NCBI GenBank assembly: GCA_029882915.1
Contig: JAOUJZ010000006.1
Coordinates: forward strand, 2,115 to 66,114
Reading direction: 5' to 3'
Source of the DNA: Gammaproteobacteria bacterium
GTDB taxonomy: Bacteria > Pseudomonadota > Gammaproteobacteria > Nitrosococcales > Methylophagaceae
Length of the DNA stretch: 64,000 nt
Positions 1 through 9,059 of this stretch are shown here, in pieces (the stretch's first letter is position 1; every line of letters starts with the position of its first letter). The notes beneath the pieces were generated by a model. The model searched no databases. It saw only the letters and a list, made by a program, of their open reading frames with translations, and was not told the DNA's origin. The position numbers and the translations under genes were made by a program.

Positions 1-1
1 T

Positions 2-739
2 ACCTTATCTACCAGTATTGCTGCCCTCACCGCAGCTATCTTGTTATGGGCGCCCGGTTTGTTGACCCAGCTTAGTGTTTTGGTTGTGGCAGCCTTAGCC
101 GGTGCCAATTTAGGTAAACCCATTTTGAACAAAAGTACGACTCAACAACGAGTCAAGGTTGTGCCGCTGGCCTTGTTTTTGGTGCTTTTTCTGGGACTGC
201 CGTTATTAGCAATAACGACTCAAACTTTAGATATTTTTTCTCGTTTTTATCAGTCAGGAAGTCTTGTCTTCGGTGGCGGTCACGTTGTTCTGCCATTGCT
301 CCAACAAACCATTGGCGATTCAGTAGCTACCGATCGTTTTCTATTGGGCTATGCCGCTGCCCAAGCGGTTCCCGGGCCAATGTTTTCATTAGCTGCATTT
401 TTAGGGGCAGAATTATCACCTAGCACCCCACTTTTAGGTGCGTTGATTGCTACAGCAGGCATATTTTTGCCGGGATTTTTATTAGTACTAGCTTTACAGG
501 GTGCATGGGAATCACTGGCAGCACAGCCTAAAGTCGCTGGTGCCGCATGGGGCATCAATGCAGCTGTTGTTGGTTTATTACTGTCGGCATTGTATCAACC
601 TGTCTTTGTCAGTGCTGTCTATACCCCCATAGACATGTCAATGGTCATACTGGGTTTCATTGCATTAAGAACAGTGAAAGTTCCAATCGTTATGTTGGTA
701 TTGGGATTCGGAGTATTAGGGCTGATATTACATTTATAA
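2..739 (+). CDS. chrA: chromate transporter (CHR/ChrA family), 5'-truncated by the window edge
   Basis: The reading frame is open from base 2 with no stop before the listed Met at 41. The protein is polytopic and hydrophobic and carries the CHR-type motif FGGGHVVLPLL. Confidence 0.65.
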   Translation, partial: TLSTSIAALTAAILLWAPGLLTQLSVLVVAALAGANLGKPILNKSTTQQRVKVVPLALFLVLFLGLPLLAITTQTLDIFSRFYQSGSLVFGGGHVVLPLLQQTIGDSVATDRFLLGYAAAQAVPGPMFSLAAFLGAELSPSTPLLGALIATAGIFLPGFLLVLALQGAWESLAAQPKVAGAAWGINAAVVGLLLSALYQPVFVSAVYTPIDMSMVILGFIALRTVKVPIVMLVLGFGVLGLILHL

Positions 740-835
740 ATACAACTAACACAGATTTCACTGATAACTCACACCCTATCATCGACAAAACATGGAGCCA
801 GAATTAGACTTTTTCGAATTCGTGATTTAATCAGG

Positions 836-2617
836 TTAAACCAGTGCTGCATCAGCTAGCTTAGCTAGTCCGCAGACTTTATTACGCCCCGTATGTTTTG
901 CCTGGTAAAGATATTTATCAGCCTGATCAATCACCGCTTCTATTGAAGGTGTATCCACAGTATTTTCTGCAACGCCAATGCTGGTGGTGAAAAACAGTTC
1001 CGTAGAATTGAAGGTGATAGGCAGTGTTTCAATCTTTTGACGCACACGTTCAGCCAGTATAGTTGCTTGTTTAATATTTGTTTCAGGCAGCAGAATAATA
1101 AATTCTTCTCCACCCCAACGGGCAACAATGTCTGAATCTCGAACCAGTTCCTGTATGGTTTCAGCTGTTTGTATTAGCACTTTATCGCCATGCATATGGC
1201 CATATGTATCATTGATATTTTTAAAATGGTCCAGGTCCAGCAACATGACCGATAGTGGTGTGTCATGCCGTTTAGCACCGTGCCAGATTGAGCTGGCAGT
1301 TTCAGTAAATGCCCGGCGATTGTAGATGGCTGTTAATGGATCAATCCGCGATAGTTTTTCGGCATTGAGTTTTCCATCCTGAGCAATGCGGAACTGTTCC
1401 GCCAGTGCAATGGACAACAGGATGACATCTATAACGATACCAATTTCTGTTGCCCTGAATGTGAGATCGTTATAGGGCAATATGCCCCAAGGTGTCATTG
1501 CAGTTATAGATGCACCAGCCATGGAGGCAATACTAGCTAAAAGAAAGTAGGTTATTTCACGGCGACCTGTTCTAAGACTAATGATGGCAAGCATTAGTGT
1601 CGTGCTGGTAAAAAAGGTAACAAATAAAATACCCAGACCGATAGCCTTGCCCTGCATATCAAGAAATATGAGGACAATTGCTGCTGCAAAAATAGTCACA
1701 CATGAGGTTGTGACAAATTTATAGATACGTGGAAACAACATTTTGGTATGTAAAAATGACAATGAAAATACAAGACCACTAATACAGTAAATCGTAAGAA
1801 AGATGACATTTGACCATCGTTGAAACAGTGGTGAGTCTGGCCATAACAGCATGTACCCATGACCGGTATAGGATATATTGGTCAACAGAAACAAAGCCAG
1901 ATAGATGACGTAATAGAAATAACGCTGCAAACGCAGGTTTAAGTAAAGAATCAGGTTATAGAGCAACAGTGCGGCAACCACGCCGTATAACAGACCATAG
2001 GTGTAACCATTGTTGAGCTCATGTTTAGCGGCTTGTTGTTCGGTGCTGAAAAATATGGGCACCATCATCGGTTCAGCTGTAGCAAGTCTAATAAAGACCT
2101 GACTTAATCCAGGTTGGTAATCATGCTCAAAAACAAAGAAACGATGTTCAACCGGACGAGTTTCAAACGTGAATTGGTCGCCTGTTTGCTGATGTACTGT
2201 ATCTTCTTGCTCTCTGACAACATAAAAATCGATCAAATCCAACCAGGGGTTCTCGACAGTGACGAGTCGTCTGACACTATCAGCACCGTCGTTATTGACC
2301 GTGAAAGTTATCCATTGAGCTGTACTACCTATACCTCGATTTAAAACATCCCCTTTTAATGGCGTAAACAGGCCTTGTTCATATGCTTGACGGGCTTGTT
2401 CAAGAGGCAGTGGCGTGTCTTGATGTTCCGAAAAATAAGATGAAAACCGACCAATAGATTCAAAGTCGTACTTAGAAATATTTGTTGATAAGGTATCTGC
2501 CTCAGCAATCAGACTAAATAAGCCACTGGTCAAAATTAACAATAATGTGATCAGGCGATAATACATATGGATAACGCTTAAAAAGCCTTTTAGACTGCAA
2601 AAAAAAGAGTTCGTCAT
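836..2617 (-). CDS. diguanylate cyclase with 7TMR-DISM extracellular and 7-TM sensor modules (GGDEF domain)
   Basis: The N-terminal periplasmic region is followed by about 7 hydrophobic helices. The C-terminal GGDEF domain has an intact GGEEF, with RDSD (an RxxD I-site) exactly 5 residues upstream. An alternative start at 2566 (MYYRLITLLL...) gives a cleaner signal sequence. Confidence 0.85.
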   Translation of the reverse strand: MTNSFFCSLKGFLSVIHMYYRLITLLLILTSGLFSLIAEADTLSTNISKYDFESIGRFSSYFSEHQDTPLPLEQARQAYEQGLFTPLKGDVLNRGIGSTAQWITFTVNNDGADSVRRLVTVENPWLDLIDFYVVREQEDTVHQQTGDQFTFETRPVEHRFFVFEHDYQPGLSQVFIRLATAEPMMVPIFFSTEQQAAKHELNNGYTYGLLYGVVAALLLYNLILYLNLRLQRYFYYVIYLALFLLTNISYTGHGYMLLWPDSPLFQRWSNVIFLTIYCISGLVFSLSFLHTKMLFPRIYKFVTTSCVTIFAAAIVLIFLDMQGKAIGLGILFVTFFTSTTLMLAIISLRTGRREITYFLLASIASMAGASITAMTPWGILPYNDLTFRATEIGIVIDVILLSIALAEQFRIAQDGKLNAEKLSRIDPLTAIYNRRAFTETASSIWHGAKRHDTPLSVMLLDLDHFKNINDTYGHMHGDKVLIQTAETIQELVRDSDIVARWGGEEFIILLPETNIKQATILAERVRQKIETLPITFNSTELFFTTSIGVAENTVDTPSIEAVIDQADKYLYQAKHTGRNKVCGLAKLADAALV

Positions 2618-2707
2618 CCAAAATCATAGCTTGGTTGAACACGTCTCTAAAAAAAGGTTATCGACCATTGTCTGAAATACATCAGTTTTTTTCAGTCTAT
2701 GTGGCAA

Positions 2708-5700
2708 TTAATTCGTATGTGCATAATAACGCCGGTTTCCTTCCAGCTTACGCAGTAACACATAAAAAATCGGGGTAAAAAATAGACCAAAGAAGGTCAC
2801 GCCCAACATTCCTGAGAATACGGCCACACCAATATCATTACGCATTTCTGAACCGGCACCCGTTGAAAACACCATTGGTACTACCCCCATAATAAAGGCA
2901 AACGAGGTCATCAATATTGGCCGTAACCGCATTCTGCTGGCAGTGATAGCAGCCTTGATCGTTGCCATGCCACGTATTTCCAACTCGCGGGCAAACTCAA
3001 CAATCAAGATGGCATTTTTACTGGCCAACCCAGCTAAAACAAACAGGCTGATCTGCGTAAAAACATTGTTATCGCCATCGGAGTACCAGACTCCAAACAC
3101 CGCAGACAAGACTGATAATGGAATGATCGAAATCACCACCAACGGTAGGATAAGACTTTCATAAAGAGCGGCCAGTACCAGAAAAATCAGTAATAAACAC
3201 AATGGGAATACATACATCGCAGTATTACCACTTAACACCTGTTGATAGGTTAGATCTGTCCATTCGAATGTCATGCCTGATGGAAGCAACCGTTCTAATA
3301 TCTCGCTAATAGCATCTTGTGCCTGACCGCTGGAATAACCCGGCGCAGCGCTGCCATTCAAATCAGCAGCCAGATAGCCATTGTAATGGGCTGCACTTTC
3401 TGGACCATAACTTTCCTGCATATGGATAACGCTACCCAGTGGCACCATTTCACCGTTGTTATTGCGTACTTTCAATGTCAAAGCATCATTCGGGCTGGCA
3501 CGATATTCCGCATCGGCCTGAGTGATCACCTGATAGGTTCGACCAAATTGGTTAAAGTCATTCACATACAATGAACCCAGATAGATCTGCATGGTGTCGA
3601 AGATATCCTTGATGTTAAGACCCAACTGTTTGGCTTTGGTACGGTCCAGATCGGCAAATAACTGCGGTACGTTAATCTTGTAATTGGAATACACTCTGGT
3701 CAGTATCGGGTTCTGCCATGCTTCCTTTTGCACTGCCTGAACGACTTCATCCAGTTTTTCATAGCCCAAATCTGCTCTGTCTTCTATTTGCAGCTTGAAC
3801 CCCCCCGTTGTACCCAAACCACGTACTGGTGGTGGGGGGAAAATAGCAATGAAAGCTTCTTCAATGCCAGCAAACTTTTGTTGTAGTTTTCCGGAAATAG
3901 CTGTTGCCGAAAGCTCAGGTGATTGACGTTTATCGAATGGTTGCAGTGTGACAAACACAATACCGGCACTAGCACTATTGGTAAAACCATTTATTGATAA
4001 ACCTGGAAACTGCACAGCATTTTTCACGCCCGGCTCGTCGAGTGCAATTCGGCCCATTTCTCTTATCACTTCTTCGGTGCGATCCATCGTTGAGCCATCT
4101 GGCAACTGCGCGAAACTGACCAGATATTGTTTGTCCTGTCCCGGTACAAATCCCTTTGGTAGGCTGTTGAAACCAAACACCGTTATCCCGATTAATATGG
4201 CATAGATAGTAAAGGCCAGCATTTTATGGCCGATCAGTCCAGAAACACCGTCAGAATACTCATGTGTTGCACGTTTGAAATTACGATTGAACCAGCCAAA
4301 AAATCGACCAAATACAGCATCCATAATTCTGGTTAGTCTGTCTTTTGGTTCATCACGACCTCGAAGTAATAGGGCTGCCAAGGCTGGACTTAAGGTCAAT
4401 GAATTAATAGCTGAAATTACCGTTGAAATAGCAATCGTCAATGCAAATTGTTGGTAGAACTGGCCAGTAAGGCCACTGACAAATGCAATGGGTACAAACA
4501 CTGCCACCAAAGTCAGTGAAATGGCAATAATGGGGCCACTAACCTCCTGCATTGCTTTATAACTGGCCTGCAATGGCGACAGTCCTTCTTCAATATTCCG
4601 TTCAACATTTTCCACCACCACGATGGCATCATCCACCACAATACCTATTGCCAGTACCAAACCAAAAAGTGACAAGGTATTGATAGAAAAACCAAATGCC
4701 CACATTAATCCAAAGGTACCAATGATTGACACTGGCACCGCCAGTAAAGGAATAATTGATGCCCGCCAAGTCTGTAAAAACAGTACAACTACAAGTACCA
4801 CCAGCGCCAATGCTTCCAGTAAAGTTATGATCACAGCACGGATCGATTGCTTCACAAATATGGTTGGGTCATAAACTACTCGATATTCAACACCAGTCGG
4901 GAACCGTGTTGCAATTTCTTCCATGCTCTTGCGAACGTTGTCAGAAATTGAAATAGCATTCGCACCCGGCGCCTGAAATATTGGAATTGCTACAGCTGGT
5001 TGGCTATCCAACATTGAATTCAAACTGTGATCTGCAGCTTCTAGTTCAACTCTAGCAACATCTTTAAGTCGGGTAATTTCACCTTTTTCACTAGCACGAA
5101 TAATGATTTCGCCAAACTCTTCCGCCGATTCTAATCGACCCTTGGCATTAATCGGTAACTGCACATCTATTGGCGACGTCATCGGTGCACCGCCGATCAT
5201 GCCCGCCGCCACCTGCACATTTTGTTCACGAATCGCATTGACCACATCGGATGCAGTCAAAAAGCGTTCGGCCACTTTCTCAGGGTTTAACCAGATCCGC
5301 ATGGCGTAGTCGCCAGAACCAAACAAGCGCACCGTACCAACACCCGGCACCTTGGCCAGTTCGTCTTTAACGTGCATCAAGCCATAGTTACGTAAGTAAA
5401 GCTCATCATAGCTCTGATCGGGTGACACAAGATGCACTACCATCGTGAGATCCGGTGCACTTTTTACCACGGTTATGCCCAATTGACGTGTGACTTCAGG
5501 CAGACGAGGTAATGACTGAGAGACACGGTTTTGCACCATTTGCTGAGCCAAATCAGGATCAGTACCAATCTTGAAGGTAACGGTCAAAGTCATACGCCCG
5601 TCAGAGGTAGCCTGTGAAAACATATACAGCATATTTTCGACACCGCTCAACTGTTCTTCCAACGGTCTGGCAACCGTTTCAGCTACAACTTTAGGGTTAG

Positions 5701-5860
5701 CACCAGGAAATGAGGCTCGTACCACCACTGAAGGAGGTGCAACATTCGGATATTCAGATATCGGCAACTGGAACATCGCCAGTAGCCCCGATATCAATAT
5801 CATCAATGACAGTACGCCAGCAAAGATAGGACGATCTACAAAAAATTTAGAAAAGTTCAT
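2708..5860 (-). CDS. RND efflux transporter permease (AcrB/HAE1-like)
   Basis: 1050 aa. The N-terminus MNFSKFFVDRPIFAGVLS is typical, the 12-TM RND architecture is present, and the gene lies directly downstream of an adaptor gene. Confidence 0.92.
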   Translation of the reverse strand: MNFSKFFVDRPIFAGVLSLMILISGLLAMFQLPISEYPNVAPPSVVVRASFPGANPKVVAETVARPLEEQLSGVENMLYMFSQATSDGRMTLTVTFKIGTDPDLAQQMVQNRVSQSLPRLPEVTRQLGITVVKSAPDLTMVVHLVSPDQSYDELYLRNYGLMHVKDELAKVPGVGTVRLFGSGDYAMRIWLNPEKVAERFLTASDVVNAIREQNVQVAAGMIGGAPMTSPIDVQLPINAKGRLESAEEFGEIIIRASEKGEITRLKDVARVELEAADHSLNSMLDSQPAVAIPIFQAPGANAISISDNVRKSMEEIATRFPTGVEYRVVYDPTIFVKQSIRAVIITLLEALALVVLVVVLFLQTWRASIIPLLAVPVSIIGTFGLMWAFGFSINTLSLFGLVLAIGIVVDDAIVVVENVERNIEEGLSPLQASYKAMQEVSGPIIAISLTLVAVFVPIAFVSGLTGQFYQQFALTIAISTVISAINSLTLSPALAALLLRGRDEPKDRLTRIMDAVFGRFFGWFNRNFKRATHEYSDGVSGLIGHKMLAFTIYAILIGITVFGFNSLPKGFVPGQDKQYLVSFAQLPDGSTMDRTEEVIREMGRIALDEPGVKNAVQFPGLSINGFTNSASAGIVFVTLQPFDKRQSPELSATAISGKLQQKFAGIEEAFIAIFPPPPVRGLGTTGGFKLQIEDRADLGYEKLDEVVQAVQKEAWQNPILTRVYSNYKINVPQLFADLDRTKAKQLGLNIKDIFDTMQIYLGSLYVNDFNQFGRTYQVITQADAEYRASPNDALTLKVRNNNGEMVPLGSVIHMQESYGPESAAHYNGYLAADLNGSAAPGYSSGQAQDAISEILERLLPSGMTFEWTDLTYQQVLSGNTAMYVFPLCLLLIFLVLAALYESLILPLVVISIIPLSVLSAVFGVWYSDGDNNVFTQISLFVLAGLASKNAILIVEFARELEIRGMATIKAAITASRMRLRPILMTSFAFIMGVVPMVFSTGAGSEMRNDIGVAVFSGMLGVTFFGLFFTPIFYVLLRKLEGNRRYYAHTN

Positions 5861-5947
5861 TGTCTTTATTCATGCCTCGGCATGGCCGCCGGTACTCTAT
5901 GAATTCCTTTAAGTCAAAAGTGAATACTGTAGTCACTATCCATTTAA

Positions 5948-7141
5948 TTAAGTGTGGCCTTGCTTGGGCGCGACCACACTATTAGGCCTAATATGAGACA
6001 GACCATTAATCACTATGCGTTCACCCGCTTTCAGCCCTGTCAATACAATCCGGTCACTATTGTAGTGAGCGCCCAGAGTGACTTGACGATAGTTTGCCTT
6101 ATTGTCTGCATCGACTACATAAACGAATTGTTTATCCTGATTCGTGCCGACGGCTTTTTGTGGGATCAGTAATACTTCACTTTTGATCGCCGATCCTAAA
6201 CGAACATTAGCAAACATACCGGGCATCAATACGCCATCAACATTTTCTAGAATCGCGCGGGCACGAATTGTACCGCTTGAACTGTTGAGCTGATTATCAA
6301 AAGAATGAACATGCCCTTTATAGACCACGCTTTCATCGGCTGCCAATGTCAGCTCTACCGGCATAGCTCTTGTATCCTGTGAACTACGTACTGACTTGAT
6401 ATAGGTTTGCTCATCAACATTGAATTCGGCATATAATTGCTTGTTTGCCACCAGCGTTGCCAACACCGGTGCATTGGGGGTAGTTGCCACAATATTGCCC
6501 ACTGTCAGCTCTGCTCGACTGACACGACCATCAAATGGCGCATTAATATAACAATACCCTAAATTCAGTTGTGCTTGCACCAGTGCACTTTCAGCTTCCC
6601 TAATGGCAGCAGCACTGACTTGATGCTCGTTTTTTGCTGCATCATAAACACTCTCTGACACTAGTTTGCTCGCAACCAGTCGACGGCTTCGTTCCAATTC
6701 TTCATCAGCCAGCTTTGCACGTGAACTTGCTGAAGCTAATTGTGCTTCAGCCCGTTTAACTGCTGCCTGATGTGGTCGTGGATCAATAACAAACAAGGGA
6801 TCCCCTTGTTTTACTATCTGACCATCTTCAAACAGTACTTTCTTAATTTCCCCTCCAACCAAGGGTTTTATTTCAGCACTATCAACAGCACTCAACCGAC
6901 CAGAAAATCTAGTCCACAATCGAGCATTCTGAGGTTTCAGTTCAAGCACTTCAACCACTGGTGCAGGTCTAACATCTGCGGCCGATGATCCTTGATTGCT
7001 ATTGGTACTGCTAACACCATAAACGTAATAAATGACAGCGACAACAACCAATACGACTGACAGTACAGAAAAAGTTCGACGGATTGACATGGGCTTCAGG
7101 ACTCTTTTGTTATTGTGCGGCAATATATGAAAAAGCTTCAT
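5948..7141 (-). CDS. RND efflux periplasmic adaptor (membrane fusion protein)
   Basis: N-terminal TM anchor, coiled-coil hairpin region (AEAQLASASSRAKLADEELERSRRL ... ALVQAQLNLGY), then beta-barrel regions. It sits upstream of the RND permease. An alternative start lies at 7090 (MSIRRTF). Confidence 0.85.
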   Translation of the reverse strand: MKLFHILPHNNKRVLKPMSIRRTFSVLSVVLVVVAVIYYVYGVSSTNSNQGSSAADVRPAPVVEVLELKPQNARLWTRFSGRLSAVDSAEIKPLVGGEIKKVLFEDGQIVKQGDPLFVIDPRPHQAAVKRAEAQLASASSRAKLADEELERSRRLVASKLVSESVYDAAKNEHQVSAAAIREAESALVQAQLNLGYCYINAPFDGRVSRAELTVGNIVATTPNAPVLATLVANKQLYAEFNVDEQTYIKSVRSSQDTRAMPVELTLAADESVVYKGHVHSFDNQLNSSSGTIRARAILENVDGVLMPGMFANVRLGSAIKSEVLLIPQKAVGTNQDKQFVYVVDADNKANYRQVTLGAHYNSDRIVLTGLKAGERIVINGLSHIRPNSVVAPKQGHT

Positions 7142-7296
7142 TCTAGTGCCTTGACAGGAAAACAGCGAATATTTTACTTAATCAATGGGACATGAACATA
7201 CTTGATATTCAATGGTATGTCACATGTTAATAGTGATTGCCTATTTACACATCATGGAAACTCCTAATCTTCACTGATTTCTACTATTGATGATAC

Positions 7297-7305
7297 TGCT
7301 ATAAT
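7297..7305 (+). promoter_or_regulatory. candidate extended -10 promoter element (TGcTATAAT) for the 7348-9640 cassette
   Basis: TGcTATAAT lies 43 nt upstream of the ATG at 7348. An AGGAG RBS is at 7337-7341. No good -35 was seen. Confidence 0.3.
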
Positions 7306-7347
7306 CAAATTCACTCACATCAGCTATCTATAAATCAGGAGTTTGCC

Positions 7348-7737
7348 ATGGAACACGCACACTATTTCAAACGTAATACCGTCTATAAAATTGATGATGA
7401 CAATATTTCTGTCGTTGATGTGCAAAAAAATAATACCGTCACCCCTCTCGATCCATGGATGGCAGTGGTGGTTTCACTGGCTGATGGTCAGCATACTATC
7501 GACCAGCTCATTCAGTATATGGCTGACCAGTATCCTGACGGCGCTCCTGATAATCTTGTGGAAACGATTGAATCGGTTATTTCACGTCTCACAGATAGCG
7601 ATGTAATTGAATTAACAGCACGCCCATCACTGCTTCCTTATTATCTCCGGGTTCCTATTGATGAACAGGATCCGGAAAAGGCAACTGAGTTAATGTTGGA
7701 AGATGGTTTTATTCAGGCACCCAACATTAATGGCTAA
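7348..7737 (+). CDS. small PqqD-like (RRE-type winged-helix) protein, function unknown
   Basis: 129 aa with an AGGAG RBS. The segment PLDPWMAVVVSLADGQHTIDQLIQYMADQYPDG...LVETIESVISRLTDSDVIEL resembles the PqqD-family pattern. The family call is from memory only. Confidence 0.4.
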   Translation: MEHAHYFKRNTVYKIDDDNISVVDVQKNNTVTPLDPWMAVVVSLADGQHTIDQLIQYMADQYPDGAPDNLVETIESVISRLTDSDVIELTARPSLLPYYLRVPIDEQDPEKATELMLEDGFIQAPNING

Positions 7738-7767
7738 CTTATAATCAAGGCCTGATACAACACTGCT

Positions 7768-8271
7768 ATGCAAACGATTTCATTATGCTGGCAATGCATA
7801 ATTCAAGTATTGTTATTGTTGATCATTGCTAATGGCATGCCCATTCTGGCTCGTAATATTTTTGTTGCACGGTTTAATTGGCCGCTTGATTTTGGCCTCA
7901 CTTTTTTCGACCAACGTCCCTTATTTGGTTACACCAAAACCTGGCGTGGATTATTTTTTTCTATTGTTGTCACCACTTTTGTCGCGTTTTTGCTGGGTAT
8001 GAGTATTTATGATGGCGTACACTTTGGCGTATTGGTGATGGCAGGTGATTTATCTGGCAGCTTTATCAAACGCCGATTGGGATACATAGAAAGCAGTCGA
8101 TTTAGACTTTTAGACGTCATTCCTGAATCTTTTCTGCCGATTTTTATTTTACATCAACAACTTGGGTTAACGGTATTAGACGGGATTATTTGCATTGCTC
8201 TGTTTTTTGTACTGGAAGTCGTGCTATCGTCATTATTGTACCGTCTACATATACGTAAAAGACCTTATTAA
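7768..8271 (+). CDS. DUF46/CarS-like integral-membrane cytidylyltransferase (CDP-archaeol synthase family)
   Basis: 167 aa with about 5 TM helices. Motifs seen are ANGMPIL, a KTWRG loop and GSFIKRRLG...LLD, as in CarS-type CTP:lipid-phosphate cytidylyltransferases. Confidence 0.6.
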   Translation: MQTISLCWQCIIQVLLLLIIANGMPILARNIFVARFNWPLDFGLTFFDQRPLFGYTKTWRGLFFSIVVTTFVAFLLGMSIYDGVHFGVLVMAGDLSGSFIKRRLGYIESSRFRLLDVIPESFLPIFILHQQLGLTVLDGIICIALFFVLEVVLSSLLYRLHIRKRPY

Positions 8272-8306
8272 CAGTAGATGTAGAGATCAAACGGAGTACG
8301 GATGTT

Positions 8307-9059
8307 ATGCAGGAAAATCAGTTACGTATTCTGACATATAACCTCCACAAGGGATTCAGCGTTGGTAACCGTCATTTTATATTGCATCAGATCCGTGAAG
8401 CTCTGGTAGACACGGGTGCTGATATTTTGTTTCTGCAGGAAATGCAGGGCGAACATACCGAACACGAACAAACACACCACAACTGGCCCGAGTGCTCACA
8501 TTCAGACTTTCTCGCTGAGGATGTCTGGCCTCATGTCGCTTATGGAAAGAATGCTGTCTACAAGGTAGGCCACCATGGCAATGCTATTCTCAGCAAACAT
8601 GCATTTCATAGCTGGGAAAATATCAATGTATCTCCGTATGTTTGGGCAAGTCGAAGTTTGTTGCACGCAGTGATTAGATTACCTGAGCATGACGATGATT
8701 TGCACATCATCTGCATTCATCTGGGTTTAATCGGAGCCGAACGTCGACGCCAATTTGACACACTGTGTAAACGCATCGATGGATTTGTTCCCCATGATGC
8801 CCCGTTAATTGTTGCTGGTGACTTTAATGATTGGACGGGGCAGGCTGAAAAACGTTTTTATAAACATCTGAAATTGAAAGAAGCGTTTCGTACATTACAC
8901 AGTCGCTATGCTAAAACCTGGCCGGCCTGGTTTCCTATGTTACCCATGGATCGAATTTATTATCGTGGTATACAGCCTGTGCATTGCGAACGTCCTAACC
9001 ACGCATTATGGAAAAGCCTGTCAGACCATGCGCCATTATTGGCCACTTTTAAGCTATGA
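8307..9059 (+). CDS. endonuclease/exonuclease/phosphatase (EEP) family protein, YbhP-like
   Basis: Blocks seen: LRILTYNLHKGF, ADILFLQE, GHHGNAILSK, IVAGDFNDW and SDHAPLLATFKL. These are EEP catalytic blocks and appear collinear with my recollection of E. coli YbhP. Confidence 0.75.
   Translation: MQENQLRILTYNLHKGFSVGNRHFILHQIREALVDTGADILFLQEMQGEHTEHEQTHHNWPECSHSDFLAEDVWPHVAYGKNAVYKVGHHGNAILSKHAFHSWENINVSPYVWASRSLLHAVIRLPEHDDDLHIICIHLGLIGAERRRQFDTLCKRIDGFVPHDAPLIVAGDFNDWTGQAEKRFYKHLKLKEAFRTLHSRYAKTWPAWFPMLPMDRIYYRGIQPVHCERPNHALWKSLSDHAPLLATFKL

Noticed and set aside
349-807. ORFs 349-558 (minus strand) and 547-807 (plus strand) overlapping the chrA 3' half
   Set aside because: One is antisense and one is in an alternative frame within a hydrophobic transporter gene. 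The Cys-rich and Ala-rich translations lack any motif.
2943-5912. Nine plus-strand ORFs of 60-113 aa inside the RND permease gene (for example 3317-3574, 3948-4205, 4623-4874, 5571-5912)
   Set aside because: They are antisense shadow ORFs within a long, clearly homologous gene. They have no RBS and show low-complexity, Ser/Thr/Ala/Ile-rich compositions.
7191-7226. Imperfect inverted repeat CATGAACATA...TATGTCACATG in the divergent RND/cassette promoter region, considered as an operator
   Set aside because: The arms pair only with a bulge (5 + 4 bp), no cognate regulator gene is nearby, and it is AT-rich. This is too weak to call a binding site.
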